From Octopus sinensis (lineage: Eukaryota): DNA of 46,635 nucleotides. Each line of letters starts with the position of its first letter. The stretch's first letter is position 1. Location of the stretch: the NCBI RefSeq assembly GCF_006345805.1, contig NW_021834801.1, forward strand, positions 1 to 46,635, read 5' to 3'. Shown here in pieces: positions 12,737 to 26,222 of this stretch. The translations under genes were made by a program, and so were the position numbers. Below the pieces are notes generated by a model that made no database searches, was not told the DNA's origin, and saw only the letters and a program-made list of their open reading frames with translations.

Positions 12737-13414
12737 TTTAGTTCTAAAATATTACTTTCAATTTACTTATCACAGATGTAAAGGCATTTCTTATTATTGA
12801 TTTGGTACGCTAATTGTTTTGTCAATATCATCTGGTCGACTGCTTATCAACTTTTATATTTACTCGTTTATATATATCAATTGAAGCTGCGCTGTACATT
12901 TAACTTATCATCACATAATATTTATATCGCAAATTAAGATTTAAGATTTGAAAGTGCTACAGATTAAAATATATGGCTTCTGTGTCGCACATATTAAAAT
13001 ATATATAATTTGAGAATATTATTCATTAAAATATATTTATTAAACAGAATCACAAATGAAGATTTATAACATAAGAAGTCGGACTAAATCAATAAATATT
13101 ATTTATGCTTTCACCATAAAAACATAAGATAATTGAAAATTATTAATCTTTAGCCAAACCCAGTTTTGCATATTTTTGATGTTTAGAAAGAAAAATACGA
13201 TTTGTACCAATCGTAGGTTATCATATTCCCAGTTACGTTGTTTTTCTACCAGTCGCATATTATATTGTAAGGAATCACATATTACACTTTCACCTAAAAA
13301 TCATAGATTTTCAACCAATTGCACCAGTTAAGTTTTAATCTCTAATCCCATAATCTCTAATCCTTTTCAGTTAACCGCTTTACTTATTTCTACAAATCGT
13401 AAATTACATTTCTG

Positions 13415-13840
13415 GGATCTTTTCGGTTTGAATGGCAGTTTTTAACATAATTTCTAGGTAACTAAAAAATTTTAAACTTCGTATACTGGTAGAATGTGTT
13501 TATAAAACATCTTTTTCTCTTGGCTTTATTCAGAAAATTCTATAGTTTGTAAGATATTTGTTTTTTTTTCTTCAATTTCTGCAATTTCAACCAATCAATG
13601 ACGTCCATTGAGGTTAAAATGCATTTTGTGCCATATGAATATGTCCCTCGTTTAAGAAACAGATTGGGTTTATTTACATTTCTGAAGAAAAAAAGATACC
13701 CTTCCTCCCAACCCTAGCCCTAACTAACCCTAACCCTAAAACAGATTGAAATGCAATAGATCGATTCTAGGGTCATAATTATGGGTGACAATTTCATATG
13801 ACACCGCTAGAAAAAACTGCCGTTCAAACCGAAAAGATCC
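13415..13840. mobile_element. Merlin-like MITE, short form, copy 2
   Basis: TIRs GGATCTTTTCGGTTTGAA... / ...TTCAAACCGAAAAGATCC. 8-bp TSD CATTTCTG / CAATTCTG (one mismatch). Internal (TAACCC)n at about 13710-13738. Confidence 0.85.
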
Positions 13841-14385
13841 CAATTCTGTCAGCTTCACAACGAATCACACAATACAATTCCACTTAAAAGTCATAATTTT
13901 TTTACTAATTGTACTTATTATCTTTCATTTTTATCAATTAACCTCTAATTTTTGCCAATTAAGCAATTAACATATTTCTCGACATCGTATGTTACTTTTC
14001 TACTAATCACACATTACGTTATTACGAACCGCACATTTTAATTCTACCTAATAGTTATATACTATCTTAAGATATTAATTAACCTCCAATTTCTACCAGT
14101 TAATTTCACTTGACCTATTTCTACAAATTGAATATTACTTTTATACCAACTTCTCATTAATGCGTAGCGAATTACACATTACACTTCTACCTAACAATCT
14201 TTTCTGTACATTTCTACCAGTTAGCTTTTTTTTGCGTATTAGTTTACCATTTAACCTATTTCTACAGATCGTATGTTGGTTGTATTTCTTATTTCTTTAC
14301 TACCCACAAGGGGCTAAACACAGAGGGGACAAACAAGGACAGACAAACGGATATACGAAATAAAAAACGATTACCTACGTACTAA

Positions 14386-15065
14386 TTTTATTTCGTATAT
14401 TTTCATGTCTTGCTTATTTTTAAACTTTGGTTTTTTGCTGAATTTTTTCTTGAGAACACATTCTTCGTGGTAAATGACGAGTTTGACGTCTATTTCTAGC
14501 ATACAGGCTGTCCACTATTATTGGTCATACCTCTAAATTTTGTACGTATAAGATTTTTAATCTTCGGATTTTTAAAAATATGCTAGGCCACTGGTTCTAA
14601 TTGATTAATATCAATTTCTACCCTTATTTCATTTTAAATGTTCTCTGGCCGGTAAATTAACTGCTGTAGTTTATTAACTGCAGAGTAATTTCGATCTCAG
14701 CGCGCCAAAGTGAAGGCATTTGAAAGATACACATAAATGTAAATTGTAGAACTTTATACATACTGGATTTCGGTCGAGGGCTCTGTATCCAATTCTAGAG
14801 ATTGTATTTCGTGAACGACAGACTACGCTGTTGATCTTGCAGATGTTTACGTATCCATATACGTAAATATTAACAAATGAAACTAATTAGTACGTAGGTA
14901 ATCGTTTTTTATTTCGTATATTTTCATTTGCCTTGCTTATTTTTGAACTTTGGTTTTTGTTGAATTTTTTCTTGAAAACACATTCCTCGTGGTAAATGGC
15001 GTGTTTGACGTCTATTTCTAGCATACAGGCTGTCCACTATTAGTGGTCATTCCTCTAAATTTTGT
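14386..15065. repeat. Direct repeat of about 160 bp (14386-14544 and 14907-15065)
   Basis: TTTTATTTCGTATATTTTCAT...CCTCTAAATTTTGTA occurs twice with scattered substitutions. Confidence 0.9.
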
Positions 15066-15220
15066 ATAAATATATATGTATGGGCAACACACAGGTACGT
15101 ACACCTATTGCATACATGTTTTTTGTACGTATACATGTTCGTGTGTGTGTGTGTGTGTGTCAGTGTGTGTGTGTGTGTGTTGTGTCAGTGGTGTGTGTTG
15201 TGTGTGTGTGTGTGTGTTTT

Positions 15221-15258
<38 letters not shown>

Positions 15259-16839
15259 GTGTGTGTGTGTGTGTGGTGTGTGTTGTGTGTGTGTGTGTGT
15301 TGCACGTATATCAACAAAACACTTTTCTCCTCGATGGAAAAAAACAACAAAAGTCTTAACAAAAACTTACTCGTCGCTAGAAAAGGACTTAACTCCTGTT
15401 TGCAAACAATGGTGATTTCTCCGACTTGAAAATTGTTAAAAGTTTTGGTTGAAAATTTAATTTTACTGCTATTCGCTGGTGCCCCTGGTAAAAATAAGTT
15501 GACGAAAATACAGCTCGCGTCATGACGAATGTCCTCCTAAAATTGGAGCGACATGCGTGGTAATTTGTGGACGTGCATAAATTACATTCACGTACACACA
15601 CACACACACACACACACATCCTGCCTTTTATATATACAGAGATATGCCTAACAATCGGAGATGACACATTACACATTACATAGTATATTTTCTATCTCTT
15701 TTATCTTTTACATGAGTCGGCCATTAGACTCCGGCTCTTCTGGGAACTGCCTGAAAGTATTTTAGTCGAATGAATCGGCTTCAATACTTATTTTATTTCT
15801 TAAAGCCTGGCACTTATTTTATCGGTCACTCATACCGAAGCGCTAAGTTACCGGTTGTCAACCGGTAGTGTCGGACAAACACAGACACAAACACAAACAC
15901 ATATTACATATACATATATACATAGATATACATACACATACATACACACACGCATACATACATACACACACAATTACACATACACACATACACATATACA
16001 CATACACATACACACATACACGCATACACATACATAAATACATACACACATACATGCATACACATTATATAATTATATACTATTTATTATTTTGTACTTT
16101 ACTTAATTATAGGTATATGTTTTATCGTATATATAATTTTTTTCTATATATTATGCTTTAATTATATCATTGTTGAATTGCTACATGGTGGGTCTTCTCT
16201 AATTTATATACATACATATATATATATATATATATTTCTTTACTGCCCACAAGGGGCTAAACATAGAGGGGACAAACAAGGGCAGATAAAGGGATTAGGT
16301 CGATTACATAGATCCCAGTGCGGAACTGGTACTTTATTTATCGAAAGGATGAAAGGTAATACATATATAGGAGGTCTTCTTTCAGCTTCCATCTACCGAA
16401 TCCAAGCACAAGGATTCTGTCGATCCGCGGCTAAGAAGAAGACAACTCCCCAAGGTGCCACAACCCGGAACAAAGTGGTCAGGAACCGTGCCTTCGCCTA
16501 TATGCATATAATGACTATAATGCCAACCTCTCTCATATAATATCTAACCCAATGTTATATAGGTCAATTTTCTACTAGTGGTAATAATTTCATTTATAGA
16601 TCATATGTTATGCTATCCATCAGTCGTACAGTGTGTTTCTACTAAACGCAATAATGTTCTTGACATTTTTACCAATTCTATACATTCTGTACCATTTAAT
16701 GAATGGTATATATTTTTTATCAATCGAATAACTCTTTCTTGCATTTTGTTTCAGTTGTACGTACGTAGTTACACATATATTTATAAAAAGAAGCCATACA
16801 TTCTTAATTATATATATATATATGTACTTATATTTGCGT

Positions 16840-17133
16840 AAATGTAAATACATATATATATTATATATATATATATATAATACATATATATATATATATA
16901 CATATATTATACATATATATATAACATATATATAATACATATATATATACATATATATACATACATATATATATACATATATATATACATATTAATATAT
17001 ACATATATATATACATATATATATACATATATATATATACATATATATATAAATATATATACATACATATATATATACATATATATACATATTATACATA
17101 TATATACCATATATATATTATACCTATATATAC

Positions 17134-17170
<37 letters not shown>

Positions 17171-17190
17171 CATATATATACATATATATA

Positions 17191-17228
<38 letters not shown>

Positions 17229-17395
17229 TATATATATATACATATATATACATATATATATATATACATATATATATATACATCTATATATACAGATATA
17301 TATATACATATATATTACATATATATTACATATATATATATATACATATATATATGCATATATATATACATATATATATATATTATTACTTGTAT
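16840..17395. repeat. Long (TA)/(TACA) microsatellite array
   Basis: Directly visible, about 550 bp. Confidence 0.97.
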
Positions 17396-17935
17396 GCATC
17401 TATATACATGCATATATCCATGTACACATACACATACTCACACACAACACGTACGCACACAAAGACACATATACATAGTGAGACAAACATTGATACATAA
17501 ACACAAACACAAAAACACAAACACAAATATTAGATTTTTTGATTGCATGACAATAATATTATTGATCAGAACGATCTCTGCTACGAACTTCGATTTCACT
17601 GCAAATACTCGTTACATTGATTCAACGAATTCTTGCCGAGTAACATACACGTGCACAAACGGACTCTCCCACACACAACGAATCCATACGTACATAAACA
17701 ACCATATAAAAGCATACAAATACAAAAGCAAAAACCAAAAAAATAGGTGGAAGTTTTGTATGATGTGCAACTATGTATGGTTTACCTGTTCACGTCATCG
17801 ACCAATCAAGACATAAAGAGGAAGAAAAAAAACTATACTCAACTCATAAAACTTACCTGCGCAAGCTTTATATGTCGCGTTTGCTTTCGTTTGCTCCGCG
17901 GTCGATATATATATATCTGTGTGTGTGTGTGAATG

Positions 17936-17976
<41 letters not shown>

Positions 17977-18444
17977 GATGTATACATAATACACACACGA
18001 ATTTGTAACATATAAGTATATACATGTATATATTCATGTGTGCATGTCTACGTATGTATGTGTGTGTGTGTGTGGTGTATACATACATACATACATACAC
18101 ATATTTGTAATATATATGTATATGCATGTATATATTTATATGTGCATGTCTACGTATGTATGCGTTTGTGTGCGTGATGTATACATACATACACACACAT
18201 ATTTGTAACATATGTGTATATGCATGTATATATTTATATGTGCATGTCTACGTATGTATGCGTTTGTGTGAGTGATGTATACATACATACACACACATAT
18301 TTGTAATATATATGTATATGCATGTATATATTCATGTGCGCATGTCTACGTATGTATGTGTATGTGTGATGTATACATACATACATATGTTTGTAACATA
18401 TATGTATATGCATGTATACATTCATGTGTGATTGACTACGTATG

Positions 18445-18445
<1 letters not shown>
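17977..18445. repeat. Minisatellite, five units of about 95-100 bp built from degenerate dinucleotide repeats
   Basis: Unit GATGTATACATAC...ATTTGTAA...GCATGTCTACGTATGTATG starts near 17977, 18075, 18176, 18274 and 18368. Confidence 0.85.
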
Positions 18446-18484
<39 letters not shown>

Positions 18485-18686
18485 GTGTGTATATATGCTT
18501 AAATGTGTATGAGTGCGTATGATGAGTACGCATACATGTTTATGTCTGTATGAATAAAAGAAAGCGGGAGGGCGAGAGACAAAGAAAAATGGATGGATAG
18601 TTGGATAGGTGGATAGATGGATGTGTGTGTGTGTGTGTGTGGGTGTGTTAAGTGCACATGTGAGTCAATTTACAAATTTATATAAT

Positions 18687-18723
<37 letters not shown>

Positions 18724-20165
18724 GTGTTTGTCCGTGTGTGTATGTGTGCGTTAGTGTATGTATGTATACATATATACATACATACAAACCAATTCATACA
18801 CACATTCATTCAAACTAGCGTTTCTATTTGTATTCTTTTTTTTTTGCTTTTCTTTTGATTTTTCTTATTGTCATTTGCCTTCCTTTTGTTTGTATATGTA
18901 TTAATTTCCGAATTCGAAATAAAATATGTTTTTCTCCAGAAAAAAATATAAGCACCAAAAAAAATCAAAATCAAACATCTATATCAGGCAATTCTTAATC
19001 GATCGTTATTCATACACATATACGCATAGACACACACACACACACACATATGTATGTATGTATTATGTATGTATGTATGTGTGTTCAGTGTAGAAATTTT
19101 TGTTCTCTTTCTCTTAACGGAATTGCCTAACGATTTTCTTTAGCTATTTCGACTAGCCAGTTCAAATGATATACTATACTACTGAACATTTTGCCAAAGC
19201 GAGTCTTTTAACTCAGCCAGTTCTGATCGCTAATTGAAGTTGATTTATTTTACGTACGTTGTTGATATGACTGGAAAAGCTTCGTGTTAACACCGTCTCG
19301 TTTATCACATGGTACAGGGCCTTTTGGCTGATTAACAATGCCTCCTTTTGCACCTAACATCGCCGAAAACTATATTTTATAACCATTGTTCAATCTTGTG
19401 AGAAAACAATGTGATGTTTCGACTCAGAACAAAAGAAATCTAGGCATCTTTATATAAAGGAACCTACTGCTTTCTATTCAGTATATTGCAAACCGGAGAC
19501 AGCCTCACCCCTGATATATCGGCCTAATTTCACTCAAATCACAATGTTGTCCTAGAAAACATTATGCAGTCCCTGCTGCACTGGGCCCCGCTGGGATGGG
19601 CTTAATCATATATCAGTCCAATCCAGACTGATCTGCGGACTAAGCGAGACCAGAAATATATACTTTTCTTCTTTTATTAGTTTTAGTATTCTTAAAGGTA
19701 TTCAAAACATACGTAACAATCTAGAATATAGCAGAAGAATAAAATCGAGCAAAATTGTGAAAAAATAATAATAATAATACAAACATAATACGAAACCTTC
19801 GAACAGTGAAATATATTTAATGCTGCTAGAAAAAAAACGTAAATTTAACGTTTCGGAAAGAACACTTCGTCAGAATGAAATGAATTGCTCTAATGTCGAA
19901 ATATAAATAAACTGATATTAGGGAAAGCGAGTGGGGAATGAAACATTGTCATAACAGTGATAATATGGAAGGGAAGTTAAGAAGGAGACGTGAGGGGTAA
20001 AGGAGAGGGAGGAATGGGTAAAAAGTGTTATTGGGATGGTTGATCATTAGGGCTTTGAGGAAATAGAAAATAACACTGTTTTGAAAATTGTTGGAACTGC
20101 AATCAAAGCGCACATACACACACACACACACACACGCACACAAACACACACATACATGCGAGCGC

Positions 20166-20200
<35 letters not shown>

Positions 20201-20205
20201 CTCCT

Positions 20206-20244
<39 letters not shown>

Positions 20245-20287
20245 GGAGAGAGATAAAAAGACAGACAGACCGACAGACAGACAGACG

Positions 20288-20500
<213 letters not shown>

Positions 20501-20779
20501 ACATACAAACAAGCCTACATAAATGTATCTATACATATAAAACACGCATACATTGAAGGGCACGTGTTGGTGTGTAAGTGATAGAATTCGAGTGTTCGCG
20601 CGCATTCGCTTGTGTGAGTGAGTGTGTATTCGTAAAATTGTGGTAGTCACATAGGTGTTTCTACAAAAAGTTTCTTTCAATATTTATTAGAACTTTAATA
20701 AATATATACTTTACTAAAAAGGTGAGTGATCCTCCAGTTAAATGCTAAATTGATTTTATATAAAACTTGACATGCGAAC

Positions 20780-20839
<60 letters not shown>

Positions 20840-21248
20840 GTAGGTAGGTAGGTCGGTAGGTATGTAGGTAGGTATGTAGGTAGGTAGGTAGGTAGGTAGG
20901 TAGATAGATAGATAGATAGATAGAAGGGTAAGTAGATAGATAGATAGATAGATGCATACAAATATACATGGGTATGTGTGTGTGTACATACAAGCGCTCA
21001 CATATATAAGCAAGTGAACGTGTGTTAGTGTTTCTGTGTGCGTGTATGAGTGTGTGTGTGTGTGTGTATAAGCGTGTGTGTGTATCTGTGTGCGTGTATG
21101 CGTGTGCATTGCAGCATCGATGCAAGACGTATTTGCTGTTAAAACCTTTTCTTCCAATATTCTTCCAGTATTCTTCAAATACTTCTGATGAAAACCTTTC
21201 CATTTGCTTTAGTTATAAACTTCACTATAACACACAATATATAATTCA

Positions 21249-21301
<53 letters not shown>

Positions 21302-21673
21302 AATACCTATTTTTATTTTTCTCCATTATTTTTTTACTCCCCAATTATTTTTCTAACGGTTTTCAAGCCATAAATTTCAGGCACGTGTTTTAATACTGAT
21401 TTTGACTCAATTTCATTTCGACGTTTCAAATCAATCATTCTGTAACATTTATAAGGTTTTTGGAAAACCGTAACTCATAAGACGCACAAGAAGTAAGAGA
21501 TAAGGCATTTCATAATATCATTGATTTTCATGCTTATATTCCCTTAGTCAATGTTTTTTTCTCTCTCCTCTATTTCAATCGTAACTTTCTCCTTCTGTTT
21601 TCTTCACCGTATCTTACGTACGATCCGTATGACTTCTCTGTCTTTCAAACTCTCTCACCACATTTCACACACA

Positions 21674-21712
<39 letters not shown>

Positions 21713-21899
21713 TAGATAATGAGAGATAGTGGGGGGGAGTAAATGAGATATTTGGTATATTTTGTATATTCTATAATTCAAAGTTTAGAAATGTATATAC
21801 GTAAATTCTGAATTAATATCTACATTAAGAGATGTCACGTTGCATTACAAAACTTTCGTTAACAACGACAACAACAGCTATGATAATAATAATGTCTTT

Positions 21900-22125
21900 T
21901 ACTTTAATCACAAGGTCTGAAATGTTTGGGTTTTTTTTTTTTTTTTGATGGAAGGTGCAGATCGATTATATAAGCCCCAATGCTTAACTGGTACTTATTT
22001 CATTGATACCAAAACGACGAAATGCAAATTCTACCTTGGTGGAATTTGAACTCAACGTAAAGACGGACGAAATGCGGCTAAGCATTTTCTTCACCATGCT
22101 ACCGATTCTGCCGCTTTAGCGCCTT
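21900..22125 (-). mobile_element. SINE family A
   Basis: Core and head reverse-complement motifs. Confidence 0.75.
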
Positions 22126-22244
22126 TATTATAATAATGATAATAATAATAATGATAATGATAATGATGATGATGATGATGATGATGATAAGGAGAAGAAG
22201 AAGAAGAAGAAGAGAAGAAGAAGAAGAAGAAGAAGAAGAATGAG

Positions 22245-22461
22245 TGGGATGGGTTACCCGACCAAAGGAAATTCTAACTGGGCCCCCACCCGCAAGGTCA
22301 TGCGCTGTTAATCTTGTTATGAGATCACCATGTCGCGCCTATATGGTTGTGATGCAATGTGCCTGGTGTACCCTTATCAGACCTGTTGTCATGATGGGTA
22401 TACTGGGCTTTGTATATTTTACCCCAGTGTCACTTTGATGGCATGCACTGCTCTCTCACTC

Positions 22462-22494
<33 letters not shown>

Positions 22495-22495
22495 C
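22245..22495 (+). mobile_element. 5'-truncated retroposon 3' end with (AAT)n tail (family E)
   Basis: Homologous to 24428-24872 and, inverted, to 27530-27795. Ends CACTGCTCTCTCACTC(AAT)n. Confidence 0.8.
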
Positions 22496-23275
22496 TTTAC
22501 TCTTATAGGCACAAGGCCGGCATTTTTATGGTGAGGGGGTACAATAGATCACATCGACCCCAGTACTTGACTAGTAATTAATTCATCGACCCTGAAAGGA
22601 TGAAAGGCAAAGTCGACTTCGGCGGAATTTGAACTCAGAACGTAGCGACAGACGAAATACTGCTAAGCATTTCGCCCGGCGTGCTAACGTTTTTGCCAGC
22701 TTGCCACCTTTATAATAATCCTTTCTATTATTGGCACAAGGCCTGAAATTAGTGGGGAGGAGCTAGTCGATTACATCGACCCTAGTACTTTACTGGTACT
22801 TAATTTTTCGATCCCAAAACGATGAAAGACTAAGTTGACCTCGGCGGAATTTGTACTCAGAACATAGTAGCTGATGAAATACCTATTTCTTTACTACCCA
22901 CAAGGGGCTAAATACAGAGAGGAAAAACAAGGACAGACAAACGGATTAAGTTGATTATATCGACCTCGAAAGGATGAAAGGCAAAGTCGACCTCGGCGGA
23001 ATTTGAACTCAGAACGTAGCGGCAGACGAAATACGGCTACGCATTTCTCCCGGCGTGCTAACGTTTCTGCCAGCTCGCCGCCTTTGTAATAATGAAAATC
23101 TTTTCTACTATAGGGACAAGGCCTGAAATTTGTTGGGAGGGGACGAGTCGATTACATCAACCCCATTGCTTCACTGGTACTTAATTCATCGACCTCGAAA
23201 GGATGCAAGTCAAAGTCGATCTAGGTGGAATTTGAACTCAGAATGTAGCGACGGGCAAAATACCTATTTCTTTAC
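22496..23275 (-). mobile_element. Cluster of four family A SINE copies or fragments
   Basis: Four successive cores, with tail-to-internal junctions at about 22878 and 23259. Confidence 0.88.
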
Positions 23276-23889
23276 TATTGACCAGGCTACCTTTGAATCA
23301 TAATTACATGTGTTCTTGTAATAAGCTCCAGATAGTATTCAGTGTAGGAAAACTCAGAATTCCGTGTGCAGAGTTCTATTCTCAGAATGAATAATTAAAA
23401 CACCACATCTTGTGGTTAGTTGACATACAAAAATCTCATTAAAATTACGAGGGCTCTTTATCATTAACCGATCTCTTTTTACGACTCTCTCTTCTCTGAT
23501 TCGATCCGTATCCTCAGCGGGAAACTCTTGACGCATTTGACGTGCGCCACTGATCAATTGTTTTGCTGTTTTTTCGAAAAGCTGTAAATTTGGAACTTCA
23601 AAGCCAAATAGGAAGACGGTCTTCTCATGGGAGATGAGAATGCTCTTTAAAGGAGATAAAAATTTTCCTCATCGGAGAGGAGCTCGTTCTTTCATTGTTA
23701 ATTACCTTTTTAATGTGTTTTCAATTTTTTCATTATTGTTTGATTTGTTTACAATTTCTTTTTTCGATCCCTTTCGGCCTTCCCATGGTTCCCATCCTCA
23801 CAAGTGGATGAAACAATAGTGTTGTGATAACTTCTCGTTGTTGTTTTATCGTTGTTGTGGATCACTCACTCTTTTCATATTCTTTTCAT

Positions 23890-24300
23890 TGTTACTACAC
23901 CCCAAGTACTGGTGGGAACATAAATCTACCAATGTACTAGAAAATAGAGACATTACCGTTATTTGGAACTTTATCATTCAAACTGACCGAACTGTTCAGA
24001 TCAATAGTCATGTATTGTCTTAAAAGATTACATTGACAAAACAAGTGTGCTTCAGAGATATATCAGTCCTAGAAAACTGTAAAACCTCTGCGAAAACATT
24101 TGAAAGTGAATAAAATAACCTTGAAATAAAGGTCCCAAATATGCAGCACCTAAGAGTGACAACTATATCTTTGATGATCGGATTGTGGGGAATAATATCA
24201 AATGGCGCTTATGAATATTATAATCAAATACCAGGAAATTCAACAGTATGAGAACTACATAAAATTCTTGTCATGAGTAAGGCCACATCCTAAAAAAAAA
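23890..24300 (+). pseudogene. Degenerate C-terminal restriction-like endonuclease (RLE) region of a non-LTR retrotransposon (R4/Dong/Hero-like)
   Basis: Across frameshifts it reads WWEHKSTNVLENRDITVIWNFIIQTDRTVQIN / LKDYIDKT / DISVLENCKTSAKTFE / LEIKV / TTISLMIGLWGII / NQIPGN / ELHKILVM / GHILKK. This follows the motif order I recall for RLE ORFs (WYEH-P, LWDF-IQTD, RPD, D-SVP, K-KY--L, P-V-GALG, IPG, QK--LLGTAHIL). Confidence 0.8.
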
Positions 24301-24427
24301 TCACTGTCAAATTCAAATTATTTTAGTCCTTTGAAATCGCTAATATTACAAGAGACTTTTAACGCAATCTTAACTCTCAGTGTTTCTACTTTCTCTGAAA
24401 TATGTATCATTGCTATTCATAAATGAT

Positions 24428-24837
24428 ACTCAACCAGTTGAGCATGTCCCTTAGTGGCTGACGATATGTGCATCTCTGATCAAGAGCAGAAGTAGTGGGG
24501 GAGCATCATAGCCGTGTGTTAAGAGGGATTCTTTGGAGTTTGAATAATTCACCTCTGGAAACATGGGTGGTTCGTTCTACATCCTTAAACAACCCTTATT
24601 AAGGGACCTTTTGAGCGGAATGGGTTACTCGACCAGAAGAAAATGCTAACTGGGCCCCCCACCTGCAAGGTCATGCGCTTTTTATCTTGATATGCGATCA
24701 CCATGTCGCGCGCATATGGTTGTGATGCATGCGCCTGGTGTACCCTTATCAGACGGGTAGTCGTGATGGGTATACTGGGCTTCGTATATTTTACCCTAGT
24801 GTCACTTTGATGGCATGCACTGCTCTCTCACTCACTC

Positions 24838-24872
<35 letters not shown>
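24428..24872 (+). mobile_element. Family E retroposon, longest copy, (AAT)n tail
   Basis: Extends about 190 bp further 5' than the other two copies. No ORF. Consistent with a LINE 3' UTR or a SINE. Confidence 0.75.
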
Positions 24873-24874
<2 letters not shown>

Positions 24875-25499
24875 GTATAGGTACAGGCGTGGCTGTGTGG
24901 TTAGAAGTTTGCTTCCCAGCTTAATGGTTCAGTTCCCCTTTGGCAAGTACAATCTACTATAGCCTCGAGTAGACCAAAGTCTTGTGAGTGGATTTCGCTG
25001 ACTGCTTCCTCCGGTGGGACCAGTTTCACCGCGTGTCCCCCTCCCTGCACAAACCGCTCGCTCCCCACCTTCTGGTCCATATTAAGTTTGACCCACCTCG
25101 CCTCCAACGGCGCAGCTACTCCCACTACAGCGGCCCCTGCATGGCCTTCCGTAACGAAAAGCCAATTTTCTCACCCCCCCTCCACAATGGGGGAGAAAAA
25201 CAGCAAAAAACAACATCAAAAAGAAAACAATTATGCACGAGTCGCTTCAACAACAACTTTTTAACAGCAACGAAAACAATTTCGAGTACGGACAGTCTCA
25301 AAGGAAAAACCTTCAACAATCAAACCGCGGTCAAAAATGACGAGACTCAAACAAACAAGTCGCTACTCTGCGTCACCAATGTCCTCTCAATGATTAGCCA
25401 GAGAGGATTTTTAAAATCAGAATATCTGAAATAAACTCGACTGCTCTCGCAAACGAGAATACGAAAACTGAACCCGACAGCTCTGAAGAAAAAAAAAAC

Positions 25500-25912
25500 A
25501 GAGAAAATAATCCAGAATCCTTGCCTCATATCGGATCGATCCCAAAATCTAATCAGTTCGTGCCAATCACGAGGCCACACATCCCAGAAAGTTTCATCCG
25601 AATCCATCCAGCGGTTCTTGAGATAACTTGTCAACGGACAAACAAATAAATAAACAAATACTACTCAAAACAATACCTATTTCTTTATTACCCACAAGGG
25701 GCTAAACACAGAGGGGGACAAACAAGGACAGACATAGGTATTAAGTCGATTACATCGACCTCAGTACGTAACTGGTACTTAATTTATCGACCCCGAAAGG
25801 ATGAAAGGCAAAGTCGACCTCGGCGGAATTTGAACTCAGAACATAACGGCAAACGAAATACGGCTACGCATTTCGCCTCGCCGCCTCCGCCTTCGCGAAG
25901 GCGAAGGAAATA
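25500..25912. mobile_element. Helentron/HINE-like non-autonomous element interrupted by a family A SINE (25672-25886)
   Basis: AAAGTTTCATCCGAATCCATCCAGCGGTTCTTGAGATA block, short (ACAA/ATAA) repeat and terminal hairpin CCTCCGCCTTC-GC-GAAGGCGAAGG (25884-25907), which is the typical HINE layout. The other end is not located. Confidence 0.5.
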
Positions 25913-26222
25913 ATGCTTTTCTTTGTAGATGTTGGAGAAGCATTATTCTTTTAAATACTTTTATTATTTTCAGTTAAATTATCTTGTTATGTTTATATAA
26001 TGATGCAGAAACTTCCCTGACTTGAAATGACCACAGTTATCTCTAAATCTATAAGTGTTTAACCTTTTGCTCTCAATCTTTCAATTATTGTTTTTCTTAA
26101 TTTTCTTCCTAACAAAATAAATATCTTGAATAAATATTTTCGTAAGAGAAATATAAACAAGATATTTTGTTTCAAACTGTCTTTAAAACTTGGTTTTCTC
26201 TGCGTACGTTATAACTGAAGAC

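Noticed and set aside
22496-23275. Regularly recurring conserved blocks that superficially resemble a CRISPR array
   Set aside because: The sequence between the blocks is homologous SINE body rather than unique spacers, the context is eukaryotic, and no cas genes are present.
23354-23670. Minus-strand open frame of about 100 codons (...FEKTAKQLISGARQMRQEF...)
   Set aside because: No family motif or convincing splice sites, so I cannot support it without a database search.
24988-25434. 148-aa ORF in GC-richer sequence
   Set aside because: It starts inside a SINE fragment and has no recognisable motif. It is probably the interior of the adjacent mobile element.
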